Positions 25,005 to 36,900 of a stretch of DNA of 56,184 nt are shown here, piece by piece. The notes below the pieces were generated by a model, which saw only the letters and a program-made list of their open reading frames with translations, made no database searches and had not been told where the DNA came from. Position 1 is the first letter of the stretch, and every line of letters starts with the position of its first letter. This stretch comes from Octopus bimaculoides (lineage: Eukaryota): NCBI RefSeq assembly GCF_001194135.2, contig NC_068981.1:59960764-60016947 (forward strand), given 5' to 3'. A program made the translations under genes and the position numbers.

Positions 25005-25849
25005 TTTTATTATGTTATTCTTCGTAATCTTGCTCTCCTCTATAGGGCATGCAAGGTCTTCCCCTTTCCAGGAAACAAGTGCACCATGCCGCCCGATATA
25101 ACATTACTATTTTATCCTTGGATGACTTTAGTGGTATTATCTCTGTTTCAACTTCCATTTGAGGCTTCCAGATTGTGAATTTCCGTGGTTTGTTTACGCA
25201 CCGTCACACTCTACGTTTCTACATAGTGTCAAAAAATAAGTCAAACCATCTGGTCAATTCCTCTTCGTCATTTCAAATGTGCTATATCTTCTCTCCAGTG
25301 TAGATCCCACGCATCACTTCTTATTCACTCAAATCACATATAGTTCTCACTGGGGCTCAATTTTTTCGAAGCTGTACCAACATCCATGTTCGCTATCTAC
25401 GATAAAATCTAGAGTAAACTCTGTTTCCAAATTTCTCCCCCACAATGTGGTGCCCGTGCCTAAGTTGAAGCCATGCTTCTTGTCTTGTCTTCAATCTCAT
25501 CTTGATTTTCTAATCAATGACTTCCAGTTATTCTTGCTAAAAACCCTTCCCACTCATTCTTCCAAATATATTTATTATTTCTATCGCTCTCTGGACACTG
25601 TTTAACCACTAGCGACTCTTTCATCGTTGCCCATAACTCCTGTATTATGGACATCTGTCTCACATCTCTACTCTTTGAAGTCCTCATCCTCGGTGACTTC
25701 AGTGCTAATGACTCCTCATGGCGCTGACTCTCCCTCTGCAACGATGATATGGTGCGCAAAATCGAATCATTTGATGTTCTCAACTCTGTATTTGTATTTA
25801 TCCTGTTATCTGACCAGTGCTGCTTTACAATTGATCAACACACAATCAC

Positions 25850-26140
25850 ATTTCTACATTTGAAAGATGAGAATTATGTACACTATTTACATTATTTACA
25901 TTTGACGGATATTTGTTCCCATCTTGTTTGTTGTTAACACAACGTTTCGGATGATATACTCCCCAGCCTTCATCAGGTGTCTTAGGGAAATTTCGAATTT
26001 GGGTTTTCATTTCTAAAGTATTTTTTGATATTATTATTATTATTATTATTATTATCATCATCATTATTATTATTATTATTCAGACCATTGCCTGGAATCG
26101 AACTCGGAATCTTGGGGTTAGTAGCCCGCGCTCTTAACCA
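25850..26140 (-). mobile_element. tRNA-headed short element with (AAT)n linker and hammerhead-bearing tail
   Basis: Head TGGTTAAGAGCGCGGGCTACTAACCCCAAGATTCCGAGTTCGATTCCAGGC (26140 to 26081), with B box GTTCGATTCC at 26103-26094 and the A box 5'-clipped. It is followed by (AAT)n and a ~190-nt tail containing the hammerhead motif. Confidence 0.75.
25936..25981 (-). ncRNA. Minimal type I hammerhead ribozyme-like motif (copy 1)
   Basis: Minus strand reads GACAC CTGATGA A GGCTG GGGAGTATAT CATCC GAAAC GTT GTGTT: both core boxes, stem I GACAC/GTGTT, and stem II with one mismatch. Confidence 0.65.
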
Positions 26141-26305
26141 ATAATAACATCGAAAAATACTTTAGGAATGAGAACCCAGGTTCAAATTTTCCCCAAGACA
26201 CCTGATGAAGGCTGGAGAGTGTATCAGCCGAAACGTTGTGTTAACAACAAACAAGATGAGGACAAATATCCGTCAAACGTAAATAATGTAAATAATGTAC
26301 ACAAT
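26141..26305 (+). mobile_element. Headless inverted copy of the same hammerhead-bearing tail
   Basis: About 165 bp, roughly 85-90% identical by eye to the reverse complement of 25873-26040. Confidence 0.8.
26197..26242 (+). ncRNA. Minimal type I hammerhead ribozyme-like motif (copy 2)
   Basis: GACAC CTGATGA A GGCTG GAGAGTGTAT CAGCC GAAAC GTT GTGTT: CUGAUGA and GAAA cores, perfect 5-bp stem II, stem I GACAC/GTGTT, and palindromic ACGT in place of stem III. Confidence 0.72.
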
Positions 26306-27196
26306 CACCTATTATGCAACATTTCCTTCTTCTCGACCCCTTTGCCACCTCAAGTTTGTCGACTCGTCGGATTGTACAAGTTTTATGTCAGTTATACTTG
26401 GCAGGCAGCACAAGGGATTTACGCCTGAAACGTCACATCAGCTAGACGAGTAATTAAAAACATCCTTTCAGGTATGTCCTTTAATATCCTCGCGCAACAA
26501 AACTTCAGTGTTCCAAGTCCCCGGAGTGGTTTACTCGGAGCTACGCTGGAGCTCTCCAGGAAGAAATCGAAGTCTACAACAGTTGGAGAATCTTATACAC
26601 TTCAAAACATGAGTGAAGTTCACCCAGTAGTACAACTCCTGTCCGACCTCTATTTCGTTAGTTTTCTGAACTACTGTTGATCCTTTTCGTCTTCTGCCCA
26701 AATTATCTTTTTCTCCTCTTCTAAACAATGATGGGTTTGTAAGTGGTTCTCCCCGCATGAAGAATGCCTCCGCCTTTTACACCTGCTTTGCATCAAACTC
26801 ACACACCCTAGGCCTACCTCCTCCAAATCATCTTCTTTTTGCTCCAATAGGCACTTTTCTTTTCTCATATACACGATATGGGCTTCAAACAAACAAACTC
26901 ATTGGCACTGACAATATCCCTTTCCATACACTTAAATATTGCGTCTTAGAACTTATTTTTATCCTTATACACTCTCTAATCTCTCTACGGGAAGTAAGAG
27001 TTATAACATCCCAGTCTCACATTTGGATGTACACTTCACTGCATCCCATTCAAAAGATATGCGATCCATCCGACCCATCCGAAAACTGCCTAATGCTTTT
27101 CACTTCTAATATCTTCAAGGTAATAAAAGCAACTATTTACAATGATGTCATCAATCAACTGGAATATGTCTGTCTGTTTATCTGTTTGTCTTTCTG

Positions 27197-27277
<81 letters not shown>

Positions 27278-30200
27278 CCTCAGTGGCGACCTGTACGTCT
27301 CCCGCTGCGTCAGATCGACTGGAGACCTACAACTTCAGTAAAAGCAATGTTTCTGCTCTATCATTAAAACTCCCTATCCCATTGGCTCAACTCTCATCTC
27401 TTGAAATAGGAGCTTCTTATCAGATCGTACCACTGTGGCTTGTGTTGTAACTTTTTTTTGCCTTACGCTCAGTGAACTTTAACTCCTTAAGATTAACATT
27501 TGCGTTTCACTCTCTGCCAGCCGAACACCAAGGTCCTATTTGGCACAATATCTAACGACGTTCAACGTTTATGCAAATGACACGAACTTTAATTCTTTTC
27601 TAACCTCTCACATTACGAATCATCTATACGGAAACTTACATATCATATACCGACAGCGTCTTCTAGTGGGGTCATATCAATTTTGCTCCTTTTAAGAACA
27701 AAATCTGAAGAATTTTTGTACTAAGAAAGCTCCTGTGGATCCCATCCACTCTAAACATGTGTGACATCTAAAATTTTCAGTCATACCAGGTACTGACCTT
27801 CATTATTACTGAAGATCTATCCATGCGAAAACACATCATTAGCATAGCCAGGACCACATCCCAAAGAACAGCACTTCACAGATCCAGTCGTTATTTGAAC
27901 CCACAACAGTAACTGCCAGTCATTGTTTCTCTCATGTGAGAGAAACAAAGGATTAATGCATGCATATTATGGAAAGGTGATTCTGTCATGCACACAGACA
28001 TGCATGACCGCTTCCACAGAAGGGCTAGACAATAATTAACGGGCTCACTCCAGCTTCTTGCTCGTAGGCCTGGTGCCTCCCATGTCTGTCTTTTCTAGCA
28101 CTGCTATGATAACCTCAGCTCTTTGAAATTAGGTAGTCTCACACCTCTACTAAGTAGACTTCGCGTCCCACCCCTCTCTTCCTTTTGCTCACTCTTGTTT
28201 TGTTTAAACCCATCCGGTGACATACAGGCTATCGTGTCTCATCCTTCAACTCAGAACATCGGCCCTTTCGTATCTCCTCTCTGCTCTTTTCTTTCGTCGA
28301 ATTGTTGTTCTACAATTGTTTAACAGAGTATTAACGGCTTCTGACCCACTATTTCATAAGGGCTTACAAAGGTCATGGGAACTACCTTTCTTTCCAGGTG
28401 CAGCAATTAAAATAAAATGAGAAAAAATAAAGCTGTGCATGAATACTCGCTGTTCTATATCTCTTACTTTATTAAATTCGATTAATTTTAGGAAACGAAT
28501 GAAATTAATATGTTATTTATAACGACTTTCTTTCTGATATATGGATGCAGGAAATTTAAAACCCAAGAAATAGTGGCAGTGTTAATTTATTTCCTATTAA
28601 TTAAAGAATATTAAAAACAAAGAATAATCACAAAGATAAGTAAATACTTATTCACCTCTAAATTCCTTTGGATTTTTCTATTTCAATAGATACACCATGT
28701 TTGTAAATTATAACTTATTGAAATGAACATCGCTACCAAACTGAAGTGGCTTGACTTTCATAACTCACCACAAATTTTAAATTCAAGACTGCACTGGCGA
28801 AATCTATGGTGTCGAAATACATATTCTATTGGAATATTATTAGATGAATGCAAAATATATTATGCATGTTATTATTTATTTGATTGTTTTCAATATTTTG
28901 TTTTCAAATTTTCTTAAAATAAAGTTATTAGAAAGAAAACTTAGTTTCATTCGTGCTATAATTATTAAAGAAGTGAATAATGGAAACGGATATATAGAAG
29001 AAATGAGTTCTAACTCCGATTGAATCAGACTCATTAGGTTTCCACTCAGTTTAAGATTGAAAACTACACTCCAGAAACATAAGAACAAAGACACAAATGA
29101 CATGACACTGAATATATATATAAAATAGAAGGTAGCTTCACACTACTTTGCACATGGCATCTGGCATAGGCTCGGGTCGATCACACCTTAGCATTGAATA
29201 GGGGGTTCCAAATAACTGCTTAATTCAACAGCTCAGTCATGTCACGTACACTGCATCAGTATGAATCTGATTCGGACCGAGGATTTGCGTTAAAGACACA
29301 CTTATCTGTATAATATTTACTATACTACTATGTTTACTCTATGATTCAGTGAGAAGGTGGCGGCACAGATATAGGTGTCGTAGAAATACAAGCAGGAAAA
29401 AGCCACTCACTTGACCGATTAACATAAAATAATGCAGCAGATCCTGGGTCAAATAGTGCTCACATTTCACTCTGCTTTTCCGTCCCTTCTACACCCCTCC
29501 ACTTTTGGGACTTGACTTGTGCTACTAATGCCCAGACACTCTTGACATACATGCTTCTGTTCCTTTCACCACTCATCTTGCAGATATTGCACTGTTCACT
29601 ATATCCAGTGTTTCATCCCCTTAATGTCGACTTCCTGAATTTCTCTCCCTACATGTTTTTCTTGAAGTTGTCCAAGTACATTAACGATATCAAACTTGCC
29701 GGTTCAGACGGCCTGTAAAGGCTATAGTCACTGCTTTTTTCTCCAAACCTAGCAAATACAGGAAATTTCTGTTGACTAAATGTAGGACAATTACCAGCTA
29801 TATTACTTATTAAAAACTATATATAAACTTTTGTGTTTATCCTTTTTCCCTCTCTCTCTGTATCTATCTTTCTCGCTTTCTCTCTCNNNNNNNNNNNNNN
29901 NNNNNNNNNNNNNNNNNNNNNNNNNNNNNNNNNNNNNNNNNNNNNNNNNNNNNNNNNNNNNNNNNNNNNNNNNNNNNNNNNNNNNNNNNNNNNNNNNNNN
30001 NNNNNNNNNNNNNNNNNNNNNNNNNNNNNNNNNNNNNNNNNNNNNNNNNNNNNNNNNNNGAAAAAAATTTAATAAGTATAATATCGTTAAATATTTTTCT
30101 TTTATTTATTAGTAAAATAGGTACTTTTACTTCTTGATATAAAAAATATTTTTATATAAATTCATTTGTTATTTATTGTTGGTTGATATATATACATCCA

Positions 30201-30667
30201 TTTTATTATTATTGTTGTTGTATTTTGACCCGAAGATTAGCTATATTTTTGAATAGAATTGATTTTCGATCGATTTATTTTAATCGATTTTATTTTATTT
30301 TATTTTCTATTTGTAAATTTGGTTGTGAAACACGTGCAGTCGTTTTATTATTTTAATGATTATTACTTTGTATTTTATTATAGTTCTTTTTAGTGTATTT
30401 ACTTATTAAATTTTTTTCTATATGTGACTGTGGATTTTCCTGGATGAGTTCATGAACTTTGGTTCTTTTCTCTAAATTATATATTTATATATTATATACT
30501 GTAAAACTTAATTTAATTCTAATTTTTGATAATTCGAATTTAATTTAATTTTTACCTGTAAATTTCGATTTTCATCCCTAATGTTATCATCATAATTATT
30601 ATATGTATATATATATATGTTCATGTATGTAAGCATGTATATATATGTAAATCCGCGCCCGCACGCG

Positions 30668-30754
<87 letters not shown>

Positions 30755-30949
30755 TAAAGGATGTAGTTGTGTAAGGCCAGAATAATGCGGAAAGTTACAA
30801 TGTAAACTACAAAAGGAAAAGAAAACAGAACATAGTTGCAGTTTTGACTTGTATTTCTATATTTTGGGATATTCGGTGAAGCGGTAGTTGGAAAAAGTTG
30901 TTGCTCAATTGTGTGTGTGTGGGGAGGAGAAAGGGATGAAAGAGAAGAG

Positions 30950-32350
30950 TGACGTTAGCAGACTGGTGTTGCTGTAGCAACCAGTCTGTTTCGTATAATT
31001 CCTTCCTGTTGTTAATGGCTGGTCTGAATTTGTTTATAAGGAGGGCTTCCATAATTGTGAGATTGCCTCTTTGCATTGGGGTGCCTTGATGGAAACTGGA
31101 ATCCTGGGTTTGGCACTTCCAAAGGTGTTTCTTTATCGAAGTGCCTGTCTGCATATGTTCCTTTGTTCGAATGTGTGGTTTCCTAGTAGTAATACCTATG
31201 CAGGATGCTCCACAGTTATTGCAGGCTGCCTCGTACACCAAATAGACTCTCGAGCATTTTTTGATGTCGTTGATAGGGCAGTTGGTGAGTGTGCAACCCA
31301 CAATGCTCTCTGTTATGTTTTTCTTCAACAGAACTTTCCCCAAGAATAGACCGGTGTGTACCAACTGTATGTTAATTCTCTCCCTTCGGATGGCATGTTG
31401 GATAGCTGCCGTTGTTCTGTCGCCAAAGTAGGGTTGTTTAAGGAAGCACTTTTCTGACCTGATGTTATGGGCTTTCTTATGTTGTTTACTCGCATTCGTG
31501 TTTCAAGGATGCAGTCCTTTAGCTGCAAATGGCGGATAGCCCTTCTGCGCTAAGTTCCTGAGGAACGGCATGGTGTTGGTAGCTTTGTCGGTTACTTCAC
31601 TACATCTGTCTCTTATACGTGTTATCTCATTTTATGTTTATGCGGCTTTGGCTCTGGTGGGCAGTGCTGATTCGTAATGTGCGAACAAATTCCTACTGAT
31701 TACATCTTTTTATAAAAATTCGTGTAGATGTAACCCTCCACTATGATCTTGATTTTGAAATCTAGCAGAAAGAGGGTTCCGGATTCGTCTGGGTGTTCGA
31801 TCTGGAATTTTATATGAATGTCGACGTTGTTGAATTTTTTATGTATGGTGTTCTCCTCTTCCGGTGGAGAAGCGAGCATCAGAATGTCGTCGACGTACCT
31901 AGAGAAGAAAACGCAGAAGTGACAGGTGATGAGCGCCGTGCGTTTGAGCTGGTCCATGTACGAGATAGCCAGCAGGCCTGAGAAGCTAGGTTCCATCGGT
32001 AGGCCTGATATCTGTTTAAATATCACATCGTTGAATTGGAAGTAGGAGTTCCGCAAGTAGTTTGTGGATATCCGAGCGTATAAGGCTAAAAAGGTGAAGG
32101 TTGGCGAAAGAGGAAAGGGAAGAAGAGAAAGAGGAAAGGGAAGAAGAGAAAGAAGAAGTAGACGTAGAAGAAAAGGGAGAGGAGGAAAAAGGATAGTGAG
32201 GAGGATGAGGAAAGGAAAAGAAGAAATGGGTGTGGGATAAGGGACGTGGAGACAATAGAAGAGCTGTGATGCGGTCAGTGATGATATCGACATCCGAAAG
32301 AGCGGACACAGAAGTATAGAGGGAGACGATGTCTAAACTGAAAGGATACC
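30950..32350 (-). mobile_element. Penelope-like element with RT and C-terminal GIY-YIG endonuclease, decayed
   Basis: RT motifs FSLDIVSLYTS (about 32340), FQFNDVIFKQISGLPM, RYVDDIL, IKFQIEH...LFLLDFKI. Endonuclease VYEAACNNCGASCIGIT..R..EH...MEALLINKFRPAIN. Contains stops, frameshifts and a purine-rich insertion at about 32090-32235. Confidence 0.9.
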
Positions 32351-32359
32351 GGTTATTAC

Positions 32360-32451
32360 TAAATTTTACTCAGCCGTTGCAACTCACTTCTACAGCTGAC
32401 TGAACTGGAGCAACGTGAAATAAAGTGCTTTGCTCAAGAACCCAGCACACA
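32360..32451 (-). mobile_element. SINE fragment (family of 463-807)
   Basis: Reverse complement gttcttgagcaaagcactttatttcacgttgctccagttcagtcagctgtagaagtgagttgc. Confidence 0.65.
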
Positions 32452-32535
32452 NNNNNNNNNNNNNNNNNNNNNNNNNNNNNNNNNNNNNNNNNNNNNNNNN
32501 NNNNNNNNNNNNNNNNNNNNNNNNNNNNNNNNNNN

Positions 32536-32595
<60 letters not shown>

Positions 32596-32914
32596 GTATA
32601 TCATACAAAAATATAGACATTCAGACCCATACACACATATAGTGGCGATTATCAAAGTTATATACTGGTTCATTACAACAATACATCGACAGAGTGCCTT
32701 ATCTAAACAAAAAGTGTAGCGAATCGTTAAAAAGCAAAATATGTGTTGATAGAAACTGTCGACCGTTAATACGTATACTTTGTAGTATTTAGCCCTGTTT
32801 CTACAAATTACGAGTAATATACGTGGGAATGTACATAAGGGTCTGCCAAATATTCTGGAACTGTCGCCGATAGTTTCTCTGTTGTACTATTTAGTATTGC
32901 TTGCAATATATGTA

Positions 32915-33127
32915 GGTTTGAAAATTTGGCACAAAGGAAGCAAATTGGAGGGAAAGGCTAAGTCGAATACATCGACCTCAGGCCTCAACTGGTACTTATT
33001 TTATCGATCCCGAAAGGATGAAAAACAAAGTCGACCCCAGCGAAATTTGAACTGAGAACGTGAAGATGGACGAAAAGCCGCTAACCATTTTACCCAGCGT
33101 ATTAACGATTCTCCAAGTTCGCCGCCT
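32915..33127 (-). mobile_element. tRNA-derived SINE (older copy)
   Basis: Same family as 6395 and 10953. Confidence 0.7.
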
Positions 33128-33144
33128 TGTTCGCAATATATATT

Positions 33145-33358
33145 CTTTTCTACTCTAGGCATAAGGCCCGAAATTTTTGGGTAGGGGGGGCCCGTCGATT
33201 AGATCGATCCACTATGCAACTGGTACTTAATTTATCGATCTCGACAGGATGAAAGGCAAAGTCGACATCGGCGGAATTTGAACTGAGACTGTGAAGACAG
33301 ACGAAATGCCGATAAGCATTTTTCCCAACGTATTAATGATTCTGCCAGCTCGCCACCT
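33145..33358 (-). mobile_element. tRNA-derived SINE with a 17-bp target-site duplication
   Basis: Flanked by TGTTCGCAATATATATT at 33128-33144 and 33359-33375. Confidence 0.8.
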
Positions 33359-33909
33359 TGTTCGCAATATATATTGCCGTTCTAGTTTGATCCTGCATAG
33401 CCGAGCAGACTTATGATGAAACGAATTTCAGTGAAGATTATACGCTATTTTTAAGGAGACCTAGAGCTACACTTTGTAATGTGTTTTTAAAGATGGCAGG
33501 TAAGCATTCTGTTTTTATAGCTGAATAACACTTTCAGGCCCTTTTTCACCGGTTGTCAGAAAGGTAGAATTTATCATTAGCTCTGACAACTGGCCCAAAT
33601 GCTTTTAACAAATTGGTGTTGCCAAGTCGAAAGATTACGTCCATCATCCACTAAGGGAAATTGTTCCTCAGACGAGCACCCACATGGTTTACATTTCCCC
33701 AATTTTATTCACAAGTCTTTAATCAACACGAGACTATCATAACTGATTTTGTTGGATATTTCACCTTTGTTTCTAGAATATCAAGGATCCTAGCATTGAC
33801 TCATACTCGGAATACTTGTTATTTGAAACTCCATATTTGTAAATGAAGTTTCTTTCCTGATAATTTTTGTAAAATTTGCGGAAATATTGTGGTTGTTGAC
33901 GCGTGTGGG

Positions 33910-33954
<45 letters not shown>

Positions 33955-34335
33955 TGGCACATGTGCTTCGGGCGTGCGGAGTGTGTGCACATGAGCCGCA
34001 TATTCGTGTATTCGTATCTTTGTCGTGTTTGTATATGTAAGTATGCTTGATTCTATTGTTTGTGCATATATGTATGTGAGTGCTTGTGCAAATGTTATGT
34101 AAGATAAAAGTTATAAGTTACGGTTATAATGTTGCTTATATTGACATTAGCTCTCACTATTTTGATGTATCATTGAATAGATGACACATTTGATTATTTC
34201 CCGTCTTTTTATGATAAAAAACGTCATTTTAAAAATTCTCTCACACTGCTTAACCAATCTTTTCATGATACCAATATATGTATGTGATGTATTATAAATG
34301 TAATGAAATTATATAAACTGAAGTATTACATAGAT

Positions 34336-34551
34336 TTAGTTTATATCGTTCTTATTATCTTGGTCACATTCCGTAGAGTTTGTTTTCAAGTTCGGTTCCA
34401 CACGGTTGTTCTTTCTGGATTTCTTGTGATGTTTACTTGATCTATTGCCAGTATGTTTACTTTTTTTCGGAACGTCAGTGTTGCTTGACAGCTGTTGGAA
34501 ATTTATTGTAGAACTTGCATTCTCCACGGCGCGGGTGCAATTGCATGTTTC
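34336..34551 (-). CDS. GPR158: Class C GPCR probable terminal coding exon
   Basis: Acceptor ctcctccttttatcattatcAG, phase 0. 71 codons (ETCNCTRAVENASST...DQDNKNDIN) then TAA. The hydrophilic, basic composition is tail-like. Assigned by phase compatibility and position, not by homology. Confidence 0.65.
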   Translation of the reverse strand, partial: ETCNCTRAVENASSTINFQQLSSNTDVPKKSKHTGNRSSKHHKKSRKNNRVEPNLKTNSTECDQDNKNDIN

Positions 34552-35728
34552 CTGATAATGATAAAAGGAGGAGCATTAAGTATAATATACTTGATATATA
34601 AAAGAAATGAACTAGGTATGTGAAGTGGGATTCGCACACTCACCAGAAAAAGGTGAATAAAATTTACTATACTTAAAATTATGTATTTATCTACCCCGAA
34701 TAAAGTTAGCTGAATAACAGAAATAGCAAGAAGTCATAATAAGTATATTATTATGTTCCGTTTCGTGTCTGTTATTTGTTTAAGTTTTGAACTCCAACAT
34801 CATCTGCTGTCATTTAAATTAGTAATAGATATATACTTTAAATGATTCCATTAACTAAATAAGTCCCAGTTCGAAACGTTTAGCTATGTGTTCATGTAAG
34901 GAATTCTGAGTACCACCGTTCTATGGAATGCATAAGATCGAACTGGTACTGTAGATAACCACGACCAGATTTTCGTCAGAAAGACATTAAAATGAAATAA
35001 GACAGGTTTCCATGACGCTAAAATGCCCTTGGGTGAACAAGATCATTCAGAAAAGCAAATAAATTTCCTCAAATAACACCTATCATCGCAAAAATAAAGA
35101 CACAGATAGCGTAAATACGACTGCTTAGTTTCTGCTCATAGTTGTGCTCTGGCAGATCAGACCTATGACAATGTATTGCTTTTAAAAGGAACACAGCTTG
35201 TTATGAATTAAATCATTAGTCCCTTCTAAACTCGATTTATTATTTCTGGCAAGGTGGGTGGAGATGGATTAAATATGAACAAATATTACATTTGAAGAAA
35301 CTAATTGTATTTAGGAAGTTAATTACAAGAAATCTATTGCGTTTGCATTTTGTTTTACAAATGCTGCCGTCTATATTATTTTTAATACGAATCAGAGTGA
35401 CTGAAAGTGACAGTATCAACGAATTCTAGAAATATAAAGTAACAGTAATATATGGCTATGCCTGAAATGAATCCAAATTACTGTGGTGGCGATAAGGATA
35501 TCACATCTAATAGCAGAGGTGGTTGTGATAAAAAGTGGTAGCTAATGTCCCAAATTTAGTGGCAATAATCTTGATAAAAGGAGAAGTGGAACAGTTAAAG
35601 ACGTGAAGAAAACAGAATATAGTAAAATTAAAAAATTGTGCTGATTGTTGAAAGTACGTAAAATTCATTATACATACACATTTTGAGAGTTCATCTGTCT
35701 GTGAATATTTTTCTTGTAAATTACTCAC

Positions 35729-35821
35729 AACTGCATTTTTTCTAATCGGTCTTCCAGTAACTGTGTGGGCCGTATCCATTTCAACATTTTGTCCACATTT
35801 GATTTTGTACAAAATATAAAA
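35729..35821 (-). CDS. GPR158: Class C GPCR exon, proximal C-terminal tail (alternative in-frame donor possible at 35678)
   Basis: Acceptor tttctttcttcatttccAG and donor GTT|GTGAGT; 93 nt, phase 0 to phase 0. Reads FYILYKIKCGQNVEMDTAHTVTGRPIRKNAV, giving IPK|F continuity with the TM7 exon. Confidence 0.75.
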
Positions 35822-36299
35822 CTGGAAATGAAGAAAGAAATACACTTTAAAAATAAATGGCTAATGATTTAAAACAAAATTGTTCTTTAGTTACCTTCAC
35901 ATCGTAGTCAACGATTTACAACACACTTATTGGACTGACCAAAAATTAAATGACTCATGGAGTTACTTCGGGTAAATGCTAAGTTCTTTGACAAAACTTC
36001 TGACTGTCTCTAATTTGGAATATTTAATTATCATTGGTTGTACAGTGTCTCTCTTAAAGAAGTAAGCATACATCTCTACTTTGTAACTGCTCCGTCTTCA
36101 CAGATGATTGCCGCCCCTCTGTGTTTCCATTTTTTGAAAAGTACTTTTGATCTTCCGACTACGATCTAAAAGATTACTATTCAGTTCTGCTGCATAGAAC
36201 ATTAGAAGGTTGACATACTCACTCTTGGAAAGGAGTACACGGCCACACGTCTCATATCTGCAGCACGTTATATTCTCATTGATATTTTAGTGACAGGCC

Positions 36300-36900
36300 C
36301 CTCCGAAGCGAGCGCATTAGGCTTTCGTGCCCAAGACGACTCTCCTCAAAAGATTGTACAACCTTCTTTTTTGCGATTCTTGCACTCAGCTCCTATTCAA
36401 GTGGTAAAGTAAAACACATGGCCAAATTTCTTGCAAAGGCAAGACGCATAATCATCCACTCATCGTACCTACTCGGATGCCTTGGCCAGGTTAAGTGCCT
36501 ATTGAAGATATAAGAGTGTTGAAAAGTTCTTGGTTATGAGTAAAAGAAAATATAGGAGGATAAGTTAATTATGATTTTATCCAACATATTCCCCTCTTCA
36601 ATTCACACACTCACTGCAGTGCTCCTTCTGTGTTTCTAAGCCCTATTAAAGAACTCGGAAGTTTGGGCTTCCAGCCAGGACCTTCACGATACACTCAAAG
36701 CTAGGAAAGTTTCAACTCCCCGTCATATGAAGATTCCAAAGTAGCTGATCTACAGTGAGCTGTGCTCGGGGAAGCGTCCTCAGCACAAACCACGATAAGG
36801 GTACAAAGACTGCAGAAAAACTAATCTGAAGGAACTAAAAATAACTGGGAAGACCTAGCTTTGGAAAGAACTGTGTAGAGGAAGCGTATATGGGAATGCT
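36300..36900 (+). mobile_element. RTE LINE 3' fragment interrupted by a mariner-type MITE
   Basis: After the MITE the sequence reads IPK.LIYSELCSGKRPQHKPR..YKDC, the RTE C-terminal motif. Confidence 0.6.
36509..36726. mobile_element. Tc1/mariner-type MITE
   Basis: Degenerate terminal inverted repeats (gagtgttgaaaagttcttggttatgagta / tacactcaaagctaggaaagtttcaactccc) with TA at both ends. Confidence 0.55.

Larger units (their letters stand above)
25300..28350 (+). mobile_element. L2/Crack/CR1-like LINE ORF2 remnant (APE, RT and C-terminus), interrupted by the hammerhead element and (CT)n
   Basis: VLILGDFSA (about 25680); LQTNKLIGTDNIPFHTLKYCVLEL...DPSEN (compare K..GPD.IP..VLK.C..EL...DPSNYRPI); RSTGDL; LTPLLSRLRV. 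Confidence 0.65.

Noticed and set aside
30060-30600. Extremely AT/T-rich stretch with repeated ATCGAT
   Set aside because: Low complexity next to a gap; no definable structure.
36223-36257. 35-nt minus micro-exon candidate with a GTGAGT donor
   Set aside because: Weak acceptor and frame-shifting length.
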